Shown one piece after another: positions 39,250 to 47,581 of a DNA stretch of 59,889 nucleotides. Source of the stretch: Chryseobacterium sp. (GTDB lineage: Bacteria > Bacteroidota > Bacteroidia > Flavobacteriales > Weeksellaceae); NCBI RefSeq assembly GCF_022712095.1, contig NZ_JALAHD010000085.1:1-59889 (forward strand). Reading direction: 5' to 3'. Position 1 is the stretch's first letter, and the number at the start of each line of letters is the position of its first letter. The notes beneath the pieces were generated by a model. It had not been told where the DNA came from and searched no databases. It saw only the letters and a list, made by a program, of their open reading frames with translations. Made by a program: the position numbers and the translations under genes.

Positions 39250-39846
39250 TTAAGGTTGAAAATTTTGTTCCTGTTCTTGTTCATCTTCATGTTCTTGTTC
39301 CTGTTTTTGTTCGATATTTTCTACACTTTCGGTATTAAACAGGCTTGGGGCAAAGTGTCTTTCGTACTCATCCTGTTTTTTACGGATAATGTCAGCATAG
39401 CCGGGATATTCCGAAGCTTTCGGCAAAGCTGACCATGCGCCTTTGTAGTTTCCTTCTTTTTCGAGTTCTTCGGCTTTTTGAAAAGCATCCTTATACTTTT
39501 TCTCTTTGGCTTCTTTTTCCTTCTTTTCCTTATCGGATTTTTCTTTTTCCATTGCAGATTGCTTTTGAGCTTCTTCAAGCTGTTTCATAAAGCTTTCCAT
39601 ATTCACCATTAATCCTGAAGCACTCCGCAATGGCACTGAAACATTTTCAAAAAATCCGTTGTCTAATTCTTCTGCTGTTCCCCTCAAATTAAGAGGAGGA
39701 ATGGTTTTCCTCGCTTCGTCTCCGCACTGCTCATTATTGAGCAGTACGGATAGGACAAAGCTGTTTTCATCTGTCTGTCGGAGTATCAATTGTAAGTCTC
39801 CGACAAGGTTTAACTTTGTGAGTTGTCTGAAAAAATTGGTTTGCAT
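39250..39846 (-). CDS. PRTRC system protein E
   Basis: IPPLNLRGTAEELDNGFF; PSLF near the C-terminus. Confidence 0.9.
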   Translation of the reverse strand: MQTNFFRQLTKLNLVGDLQLILRQTDENSFVLSVLLNNEQCGDEARKTIPPLNLRGTAEELDNGFFENVSVPLRSASGLMVNMESFMKQLEEAQKQSAMEKEKSDKEKKEKEAKEKKYKDAFQKAEELEKEGNYKGAWSALPKASEYPGYADIIRKKQDEYERHFAPSLFNTESVENIEQKQEQEHEDEQEQEQNFQP

Positions 39847-39857
39847 AATTTGTTGGG

Positions 39858-40322
39858 TTATGGATTAATTACTAAATGAGCATTGAAGTCTATTAGTTCC
39901 CATAATGAAAACTCCACCGTCCTAAATTCTTCTTCCGTATGCTTTCCATAGGCTTTATAAATGGCATTTCCATCTTTAGATATCTGCATCTGGTAATGAC
40001 ACAGGCTATTTTTAGGTTGTTTCAGTTCTTTTAAATCCTCTTTCTCTAATTCAATGAAAACTCTGTTTCTCTCAGAGAGCCACTCTTCAACCACAGGATA
40101 ATATACTTTCGAAAATCTAAAGAACTCCACATGGGTATCGAAATAGTTTAGAGACTTTATATCTTCATCAGTTTCAATGATTTTTATAACTTCAAGGCGT
40201 TTCTTTTGGGTTTGTTTCCACTCTGCTGTAATGTTGATAATGGCAAAGTCGCAAGCATCCCATTCACTGTTGGTTTTTGCTTTTACAAGTAAAAATTCCG
40301 TTGGTATATCAGATCGTTTCAT
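39858..40322 (-). CDS. Hypothetical protein
   Basis: 154 aa ORF (SEWDACDFAII, YGKHTEEEF) in operon. Confidence 0.75.
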   Translation of the reverse strand: MKRSDIPTEFLLVKAKTNSEWDACDFAIINITAEWKQTQKKRLEVIKIIETDEDIKSLNYFDTHVEFFRFSKVYYPVVEEWLSERNRVFIELEKEDLKELKQPKNSLCHYQMQISKDGNAIYKAYGKHTEEEFRTVEFSLWELIDFNAHLVINP

Positions 40323-40349
40323 TTTTTTGTTTTTTTTATGTTATAAATT

Positions 40350-40547
40350 CTATTTCTCAGAGGTATAAACTCCGTTCACGTAGTAGCAGATAAGCTTTTC
40401 CCAAAGACGTATTAAGCCGTTGGTGTCTACATAATATTTTTCCGTCCGACTGCAATAAATGATGTATACAGGGACATCTGCATACTCTTTATTAAAGCTA
40501 TATGCTTTTGCCAGTTTTTGGGCTTCGCTTTTTGATTTTGTTTTCAT
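40350..40547 (-). CDS. Small hypothetical protein
   Basis: 65 aa ORF tightly packed in operon. Confidence 0.65.
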   Translation of the reverse strand: MKTKSKSEAQKLAKAYSFNKEYADVPVYIIYCSRTEKYYVDTNGLIRLWEKLICYYVNGVYTSEK

Positions 40548-40549
40548 AG

Positions 40550-40759
40550 TCAGGGATTTTCATAGATGTATGTTCCACTTGTTTTCATGGGGTCTGCACC
40601 CTGTGTCAATCGGATTTCCTTGTTAAATTTCAATGACAAGCTTCTTGCATAGTGTATCGCTGTTGTCCTGTCACAATGGATTTTGAAGTATATTGCTACC
40701 TGCTCCCATTCTGTTCGGTCATTTCGGGACTTCATCTGAAAATTATATTGTGATTCCAT
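40550..40759 (-). CDS. Small hypothetical protein
   Basis: 69 aa ORF tightly packed in operon. Confidence 0.65.
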   Translation of the reverse strand: MESQYNFQMKSRNDRTEWEQVAIYFKIHCDRTTAIHYARSLSLKFNKEIRLTQGADPMKTSGTYIYENP

Positions 40760-40790
40760 ACGTTTTTTTAAGATAATCTTGGCTTAATTA

Positions 40791-41189
40791 TTAAAATGGT
40801 AAATCATCATCCGTATCATCTGCAAAAGGATTGTTTGATTCTTGCGTTGCATTTTGCTTCGGTTCATTTTCAACATTTCTTCCACCTCCATAAACCTGAA
40901 TGTATGAAGTATGAAAATTCAATCCTGAACGGATTTCTCCATCTCTGCCTATCCATGCGCTTGAGCTTGCCCTGCCTGTTAATTCTACCACCGTCCCTTT
41001 GGTAAGGATTTTGGCAACATTCGGGCTTATCCAATACGAGCAATTGTAATAGGTAGTCAGCTCTCTGCGCTCTCCCTGCTTGGTCTTGTAGCTGTCATTG
41101 ATGGCTACTGAAAAGTTTACGACCTGTCTGTCGTTTTTCAATGTGTTGATTTCTGCGTTTCTGGTAATTCTACCGACAATGGTGTTCAT
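40791..41189 (-). CDS. ssb: Single-stranded DNA-binding protein
   Basis: VGRITRNAE, VVNFSVAIN, C-terminal DDDLPF. Confidence 0.95.
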   Translation of the reverse strand: MNTIVGRITRNAEINTLKNDRQVVNFSVAINDSYKTKQGERRELTTYYNCSYWISPNVAKILTKGTVVELTGRASSSAWIGRDGEIRSGLNFHTSYIQVYGGGRNVENEPKQNATQESNNPFADDTDDDLPF

Positions 41190-41305
41190 AATATTTTGTT
41201 TTAATTATTAATGATTACTTTTTTCAGTTGTAAAATTTCGAGTGATTTGATTCGGTATCGAGGACACTCGGCTTCTTTCTTTTCACCTTTTCCAATGGGA
41301 AAAGC

Positions 41306-41663
41306 ATTATTTATTTTTTTTGTTTGATTATTCTTATGTTAAAGAGCGACTGTTTGATTCGTATAACTGAGGTTCCGACTTTTTCTTTGCTAAATGACCA
41401 TAGTACAGGATCAGGCACTTAAAACCGAAATGGAAAGCATTGAAATAGAGGTTCCGAAATCTTTTTGTCCGAAGGATTCAGGAGTGTCTGGAAAAATTGT
41501 TGGAGCGGAGTGGAGAGAATTTTTGTAGAAACCCAAAAAGATTTTTTTGAGTGAATGACCTGTACTACATTTGCTACAGTAAAAAGTGAAAAACCACAGT
41601 TATATATATGAATTGAATAGGTGATATTTAACCCGAGAATGATCTAAAACAATAATGAATAAT
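41306..41663. promoter_or_regulatory. Long imperfect fold-back; candidate Frpo-like ssDNA promoter for the ssb-PRTRC operon
   Basis: Nested pairs 41362-41374/41592-41604, 41401-41409/41559-41567, 41457-41467/41534-41544; TACATTTG (-7 box) at 41566-41573 in the right arm. Confidence 0.7.
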
Positions 41664-42022
41664 TGGATTTTTCCTTGTGTCGATGTGATTTTGAAGTCTA
41701 TTTTCTTAAGACCGTCATCAACATTCAAGACCGGAATTTTAAAAATTAACAGGTTTTATTGAAGGTTTTATATTTTTGTTAGCTGAAGAACCTGAAAAAA
41801 ATCAGGTATATAAATCTGAATAATAAAGCATTTGTGATAGCCAATAAAATGAGGTTACATAAATTATTTGACCCTAAAAAACATCTTTATAACCATCACA
41901 ATCAGCAAAAAAGCCTCCTCGTAAAGGAGACTCAAAAAATGATGATTGTTGGAAAAGCTTTCATTTCAAATATAGTGATTCTAAACAAACTCACTTACAA
42001 AAATGACCATTCAGAGAACCAG

Positions 42023-42862
42023 TTACTCAATATATCCTTGGCAAAACCACTCATTAATATCCTTAAAATCCCGATAAATCAGGGAACAATCCTTTACATG
42101 TTTATATTTCATTAATATTTTGTTTTTAGTGATATTTCCATTAGAATCATTATCAAGAAAAAGGTAAATTTTATCGTATTCACCAAGTGTTTTTATTGCT
42201 TTGAAAAGCATTACCGTAGAATTGAGAATCAAATAATCAGAATTTTTAGCCTTATCTATATTTTTGAAAGTCAGGTAATCTAAAAACCCCTCAAATACCG
42301 TGATTTCTTTATTATTTTGATCGCCCTGAATCAAAGTCACATCCTTTTTTCCTAAACAGATCTTAGAATAGGGATTGCGGATTTCAAAACCACCTGAATT
42401 ATTTTCAAAAGCAATTCCGAAATAATTTTTCCCGTTTAACTCATAATGCAGCTCTTTAACCAGCTCTCTCTGCTCATAAACTTTCCGGGATCTCAGGTAT
42501 TGAATTAAAACCGGATGCCCGATTCTTTTTACTTCCAATATCCTGTAATGAGGTCGTGTTGTAATCTCTTCCTTTTGTTTTTGATCCTGTATTGAAAAAT
42601 CAAATTTTCTAAGGTATTTCAAAGCTTCCGAAACAGAACATTTATTCACCTGCTGAACAATAGAAATGATATCATAACTCTTTCCTGTTCCAAAATCAAA
42701 TGCTTTATTTTTAATAAAATCGACAGAAAGACTGGGAATCTTTTCGTCCCTGTCCAGCGCAAAATAAAAGGCAGTTTTCCCATTTTCTTTCACGGGAAAA
42801 AGATTGAAGGATTCTAAAACCGTCCGGATTCCGACTTTTTGTTTGATTTTTTCGCAATTCAT
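42023..42862 (-). CDS. DNA primase-like Toprim protein
   Basis: RDEKIPS...FDFGTGK N-terminal domain, VFEGFLDYLT, LFLDNDSNG, KDINEW. Confidence 0.88.
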   Translation of the reverse strand: MNCEKIKQKVGIRTVLESFNLFPVKENGKTAFYFALDRDEKIPSLSVDFIKNKAFDFGTGKSYDIISIVQQVNKCSVSEALKYLRKFDFSIQDQKQKEEITTRPHYRILEVKRIGHPVLIQYLRSRKVYEQRELVKELHYELNGKNYFGIAFENNSGGFEIRNPYSKICLGKKDVTLIQGDQNNKEITVFEGFLDYLTFKNIDKAKNSDYLILNSTVMLFKAIKTLGEYDKIYLFLDNDSNGNITKNKILMKYKHVKDCSLIYRDFKDINEWFCQGYIE

Positions 42863-42995
42863 TTTTTTTCTTTTTAAAGCAATTTTTTACCCTGGATTTT
42901 CCTTTTAATAAAAAAAAGACTTTTATTATCTTTTAAATAAACTTTTAATAGTTCGTGGTATCTGCCTGTCGCAAAGCGTTTGCAATGATTTTCAA

Positions 42996-43236
42996 ATGAG
43001 CGCAATTCCGAAAAGATGCCCTTTACCGCATGAGCGCAAATCCGAATTGAACTATTTTTTCATCCGTTCTTTACAAAGTATCTGTCATTTTCACTGGCTT
43101 TACAATATCGGAATGAGTGCAATTCCGAAATCAGCATCATAAAAATCACATTTTTAACATTTTCTTAACTTCAGCGAGTGCAATTCCGAATTCCGAATGA
43201 GTACAAATCCGAAATACAGATGAGCGCAATTCCGAA
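42996..43236. repeat. Six 17-bp iteron-like direct repeats, consensus ATGAGYGCAAWTCCGAA
   Basis: Copies at 42996, 43030, 43113, 43174, 43197, 43220, directly downstream of the Rep gene; AT-rich tract at about 42860-42950. Confidence 0.88.
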
Positions 43237-43237
43237 A

Positions 43238-44335
43238 TCAGAGAATAACAGGATAACCGTTGGGAAGTATTTCCCCCATTTTTGTTTCTCTGTATAGCTG
43301 TAAAATAAGTTCCTGTATTTTGTTTAAAAAAGCCGTTCCCTGATAATTCGTGGATTTTGTCCCATTCAGCCTGTTCATCCTTATAAATTCGCCAAAAGCC
43401 TTTTCTATAAGCTGACGGGTTTGCGGAATAGTTTTGTATTGGTAGGAAAACTGGAGCATTTCCCGTTGTCCCAGGCCATACCTTTTCTGAAAATAATAGA
43501 GCCTCTTTGCAATTTTTGATTTCTCTGCCGTGTGCTCCGACATATCGGTACCGCTTACCATCTTATTGTAAAAAGGATGAATGAAAATAGAATCACCTTT
43601 GTAATGATAATTGAATGAAAGGGTATTGTACTTGTTGAAATTTATTTTTGCAGTTTTGAGGAACTTGAAACAAAAATCATTCGCGGTTTTATAGTTCAGC
43701 CCAAACTTTTTGTTCAGTGACGAAAGTTTCATGGTGGTTCCACCTTCTGGAAGTTTTGAAAGCCAGATGGCAAAAATAATGTGCTTGTTGTTTCTGATAT
43801 TATACACCAGATTGTACAGGATGTAGTTATATTCGGGTATAATCATCAGCTTTTTCAACCAGTAGCTGCTGATCAGAAAGTTTGTATAACCACGCTCATC
43901 ATAACTGGGAGTGGAAATAAGCCCACCAAATGTTCTAATCTCTTTTCCTTTGGAATTTACCGATTTATACCAGCCCATTTTGAACCGGGCAAGAAACTCA
44001 TACGCTTCAATAACCTGTTTGGTTGAGCCACTCGGCGAGATCTTGCTGTTCCGGATTTTAATTGAGGCAAAAATGTTATTCTCGGTTTCAAATTCCTGAT
44101 CAAACAGGGAAAGCTGCTTCGGACGGTCTTCAGGGCGGAATTGCTCACTGCTGATAATCGAAATGATATTAAAAATAACACGTAGTGCATTGATCGGAAT
44201 ATCAGCCGCCTCCTGGTCTTCAAAAATAAAATCGTCCACAAAGTGATTACCCAGGCGTATTCTTTCGGGAATTCTCTCATCTTTATCTTCAAATAGCTTT
44301 CTGACAAGCTTTAAATCTTTTTCCGGAATAGCCAT
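43238..44335 (-). CDS. Putative replication initiator (Rep_3/RepB-like winged helix)
   Basis: LRVIFNIIS, GLISTP, LNKKFGLNYK..DF..KFLK pattern; adjacent iterons. Confidence 0.65.
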   Translation of the reverse strand: MAIPEKDLKLVRKLFEDKDERIPERIRLGNHFVDDFIFEDQEAADIPINALRVIFNIISIISSEQFRPEDRPKQLSLFDQEFETENNIFASIKIRNSKISPSGSTKQVIEAYEFLARFKMGWYKSVNSKGKEIRTFGGLISTPSYDERGYTNFLISSYWLKKLMIIPEYNYILYNLVYNIRNNKHIIFAIWLSKLPEGGTTMKLSSLNKKFGLNYKTANDFCFKFLKTAKINFNKYNTLSFNYHYKGDSIFIHPFYNKMVSGTDMSEHTAEKSKIAKRLYYFQKRYGLGQREMLQFSYQYKTIPQTRQLIEKAFGEFIRMNRLNGTKSTNYQGTAFLNKIQELILQLYRETKMGEILPNGYPVIL

Positions 44336-44396
44336 ACTTTATATTTTAAGTGCTTTTAACTTTGTTATTCTAACAGAAATCTATTCTTTGCAAGAC

Positions 44397-44603
44397 CTAC
44401 AGCAATTTAATTTTCTCACTTTTTAGTGTTTTTGAGCCATCGGTAAGATTATAATACAGGTACTCTCCTGTTTCATCTATTCTGAAAACTCTTTTCTCTA
44501 CTTTTCCAAAAGTGGGGATTTTAACTTTTCGGATTCCTTGATACTCGGCGATAATGCCGTTGAGACTTACTTTCTGTCCGGGCTTTATATCTGATAATTT
44601 CAT
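44397..44603 (-). CDS. Small hypothetical protein
   Basis: 68 aa ORF in operon. Confidence 0.65.
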   Translation of the reverse strand: MKLSDIKPGQKVSLNGIIAEYQGIRKVKIPTFGKVEKRVFRIDETGEYLYYNLTDGSKTLKSEKIKLL

Positions 44604-44657
44604 TTTTTATCGTTTTAAAATTTAATAGATAAACATCAATGCTTATATCTTTAAGCA

Positions 44658-45368
44658 TCATTTTGGAGGTTTAATACTAGGAATTGAATCTAAAGACAGC
44701 TGGCCGTTATCCGCTTCGTTTTTTATATAAGGCAAAAGATTTTTCAATGAGGATTTCCAGCTGGTTATGGGTTTCCCCAAATTATTACACCAGTTACTAT
44801 TTGCCCATAAAGCGTACCTCTCCTTAATAGCGGAATACATAGATTCTTCATAGCCGCTCAGCGTTTTAGCATAATCTATAAATTCTTCCAAAGAAGGGAT
44901 GTTAGCTATTATTTTAAAAGGCTCAGGCTCCCTATTATCAAAGGATGCTTTCTCTTTCTTTTCTGTAGTTTCGGGAGTACTTATGATGGGTAAACCATCC
45001 AATGGCAAATTTTCATTTTTTTCTGCAATTGCTGTCGGTCCATCATGTTTGATTATTACCTTCGGGCCTTTTTCTTGGCTAGGGATTGGTAAAGAATAGT
45101 TCAGCAGTATTCTGTAAGAACAGGAATACCCGTTTTTGTTTTCGTACTGAACCAACCCCGAATTCTGAAGTGCTTCTCTGGCAGATTTTACCGTTTTTCT
45201 CGTTATTCCGAGTGTATCACCAATCGCTACATCGGAAACCGTAACATCGTATCCGTTATTATCGTTCGCCAAATTCAGGAGATACAGATATATCGCAACA
45301 GCAGTGGTACTGAGTTGTGCTTTTGGGCCAAATTCCCAAAACTTTTGTATAAGCTCATGGTAATACAT
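44658..45368 (-). CDS. HTH protein resembling phage/ICE replication organisers
   Basis: AIYLYLL, LGITRKTVKSAREALQNSGLV wHTH; C-terminal PSLEEF...W...GKPITSWKS. Confidence 0.7.
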   Translation of the reverse strand: MYYHELIQKFWEFGPKAQLSTTAVAIYLYLLNLANDNNGYDVTVSDVAIGDTLGITRKTVKSAREALQNSGLVQYENKNGYSCSYRILLNYSLPIPSQEKGPKVIIKHDGPTAIAEKNENLPLDGLPIISTPETTEKKEKASFDNREPEPFKIIANIPSLEEFIDYAKTLSGYEESMYSAIKERYALWANSNWCNNLGKPITSWKSSLKNLLPYIKNEADNGQLSLDSIPSIKPPK

Positions 45369-45370
45369 CG

Positions 45371-45622
45371 TTACTTCCGGCCAAAAAGCTCTAGTACTTT
45401 TTGCTTATCTATGATGATAATTTTCCCCTTTTGTATAATGGCTTCATCCAACATTCCGGAAGATTTTATTTCCGAAGCTTTTGAAACGGAACAGCCCAGA
45501 ACTTTCGCTAATCCTTTCAGTCCGTATTCATGCCTGTTTTCCGAATTGAGACTTTTGATAATTTCCAAAAATTCCTCAACTGTCAGTTTCCAAAGGGGTG
45601 TTTGCGGATCTATCTTTTTCAT
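45371..45622 (-). CDS. DUF3853 family small HTH protein
   Basis: TPLWKLTVEEF, YGLKGLAKVLGCS, AIIQKGKIIIID. Confidence 0.85.
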   Translation of the reverse strand: MKKIDPQTPLWKLTVEEFLEIIKSLNSENRHEYGLKGLAKVLGCSVSKASEIKSSGMLDEAIIQKGKIIIIDKQKVLELFGRK

Positions 45623-45641
45623 TTCCTTTCTTTTATTGATT

Positions 45642-46181
45642 TTAGCTATCTTTTTTTTTCTTAGAAATCCAATTCCTTGCAGCAGCCTGCCAGCTGTTCA
45701 TTAATTTCCCGTCACTTAATTTCCAATCCCAAGAATCATAGAATGAATAAAATTGATGTGCTAGTGCAGAGGGTAAATCTCGTTCATTAAAATATAATTC
45801 TACTTCATAAAGCTTAGGTGCAGAAAAGAGGCTTTCTTTTTGTGCTGATAATTTTTGCTCCGGGAATGCTTTATGTACAGAAATTCCAGACTCGTCAAAA
45901 TCAACAATCTCAACCAGGCTTCCAATATAAGGGTCGTAACTGGGGGAATACATAATGAATCCTGCCAGATGTAATTCTTTAATACACTTATGATAGGTTC
46001 CAAGGGATTTTACCTTACCCAATCTCATGACCTCACCACGATAAATACGAAAAGGACTCTGAAACCGGTTTATGCTCCAGCATTGAAAAAGTGCAACATA
46101 AATACTGATATGGGATGGATGTAACCGGTTATCTTTAATGACATGCCCGAAAAAACTAATGATATCTTTAGTCTGATTCAT
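45642..46181 (-). CDS. ICE HTH/replication-associated protein
   Basis: LHPSHISIYVALF, TYHKCIKELH..G.I.Y.PS, FYSFYDSWDWK...WQAAARNW; start taken at MNQTK. Confidence 0.72.
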   Translation of the reverse strand: MNQTKDIISFFGHVIKDNRLHPSHISIYVALFQCWSINRFQSPFRIYRGEVMRLGKVKSLGTYHKCIKELHLAGFIMYSPSYDPYIGSLVEIVDFDESGISVHKAFPEQKLSAQKESLFSAPKLYEVELYFNERDLPSALAHQFYSFYDSWDWKLSDGKLMNSWQAAARNWISKKKKDS

Positions 46182-46200
46182 GATTTTCTGTTTTCTGTGA

Positions 46201-46461
46201 TTATTTAGAATCCGTAAGCAGCTTCTCAATGTCTTTGTAGTTATAATACAGGATCCCCCCTATCTTCGTATAAGACAGGGTTCCGTTGATTCTAAGATTC
46301 TGTAAGGTCCCGGAAGAAATATTCAGAAGCTTTTTGACCTCGGAGGTGCGAAGCCATAATTTTTGTTCTGTCGTTCTTGTCTGAAGGAGTTCTCTAATTG
46401 CCTCCAACAGCTCTATTTTAAATTGCTGAAGGTCTTCCTTAGTGATAATTGCTATTGCCAT
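46201..46461 (-). CDS. Excisionase-like HTH_17 protein
   Basis: ITKEDLQQFK, WLRTSEVKKLLNISSGTLQNLRING.L.YTKIGG. Confidence 0.9.
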   Translation of the reverse strand: MAIAIITKEDLQQFKIELLEAIRELLQTRTTEQKLWLRTSEVKKLLNISSGTLQNLRINGTLSYTKIGGILYYNYKDIEKLLTDSK

Positions 46462-46509
46462 GATTTCAAAAATTGTTTGTTTGACAAATTTTCGGAATCA
46501 GGCGGAATT

Positions 46510-46541
46510 TCTTTCGGTAGTTTTTCGGTACTACCGAAAGA
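46510..46541. promoter_or_regulatory. 12-bp perfect inverted repeat upstream of the xis operon; candidate RteC-binding site
   Basis: TCTTTCGGTAGT-N8-ACTACCGAAAGA, upstream of a degenerate -7 box (minus AAAATTTG, 46492-46485). Confidence 0.55.
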
Positions 46542-46695
46542 TTTCATTCCATATACGATGAATAAAGGGATTTCATAAGAAGGCCAAACTGTATTATCTA
46601 ATAAAACCTAAAAAAATTAGAATCCCGGACATTTATTCATCTTATCTGTTTATTTTTTTCAGGAAAAACTTCTAAAATGAACAATATATAACCTC

Positions 46696-47541
46696 TTAAA
46701 TATCTAAATCATCCAGATATTGCTCTAAATTATCCCTGAGCAATATCAAAAATTTAGTTCTTTCTGTTTTTCGCAACCTAATTTCACCTAAAATCTTATG
46801 ATAGTTTCCCAAATTGATATTCAATGAGTTCTCTGCCCAACGAAAAATTTCGGCCAGATCTGAATTGCCACCGTTAAAACATCTGGTTTGATGAAGAGCA
46901 TACAGTAGTTCGATAAGCGCAACTTTAGGACCTGTCCATTCCAGTGTATTAATTTGACCGATTGATTTTTCTACACCCTGTACCGCATTGATTTTATTCA
47001 TCAAATAGTAATCTAAAAGATCATTGGCAAGAATTTGGGAAACAATATGATCATGTGATGTAGAAAATTCTTCATCATAGCTATACAGTTCTGGGCTAAG
47101 CTTTAATTTAAAGTCAAACTTGAAGCGGACAAAGTATTTTTTATCCAAATAAGTCGATTTTCGGCGATAGTAGCTAATAAATTCTTTTTGCTCATTATAG
47201 AAATACAAAAGATTAGATCTTTCGTTTTCATAATAAGATTTTAATGCCTGGGGATCAGCATAAGGTTTCGAAGATTCTATTGCCAGTACTTTTGAATGAT
47301 AAATATAAACCGCTGTAAATTGCGGTTTGGTACTCTTAAAAAAATGAATTTCATCACTCCAGTCTGAAAACCGGTACTGCTGCAAAAGATCCTTCAGCTG
47401 CCGAATAGCAAAATCTGTTTCCATAAGGATTTTTTCAGATCTGATGACAACATCATCATCACTTCTGTTAATGTGATCTACACTACTTGTCAGATTTTTC
47501 CAAAGCTGGTCAACTTTTTTTCTAAAATTTTGTCGATTCAT
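46696..47541 (-). CDS. rteC: RteC family regulator of excision/transfer
   Basis: EIHFFKSTKP, LEWTGPKVALIELLYAL, EIRLRK.ERTKFL. Confidence 0.93.
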   Translation of the reverse strand: MNRQNFRKKVDQLWKNLTSSVDHINRSDDDVVIRSEKILMETDFAIRQLKDLLQQYRFSDWSDEIHFFKSTKPQFTAVYIYHSKVLAIESSKPYADPQALKSYYENERSNLLYFYNEQKEFISYYRRKSTYLDKKYFVRFKFDFKLKLSPELYSYDEEFSTSHDHIVSQILANDLLDYYLMNKINAVQGVEKSIGQINTLEWTGPKVALIELLYALHQTRCFNGGNSDLAEIFRWAENSLNINLGNYHKILGEIRLRKTERTKFLILLRDNLEQYLDDLDI

Positions 47542-47581
47542 ACGTTATTTTTTAGTTAATTTGAACGCAGAATCGGATAAA

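Noticed and set aside
42996-43236. CRISPR array
   Set aside because: 17-bp repeats with irregular gaps of 6-66 bp beside a Rep-like gene fit iterons better
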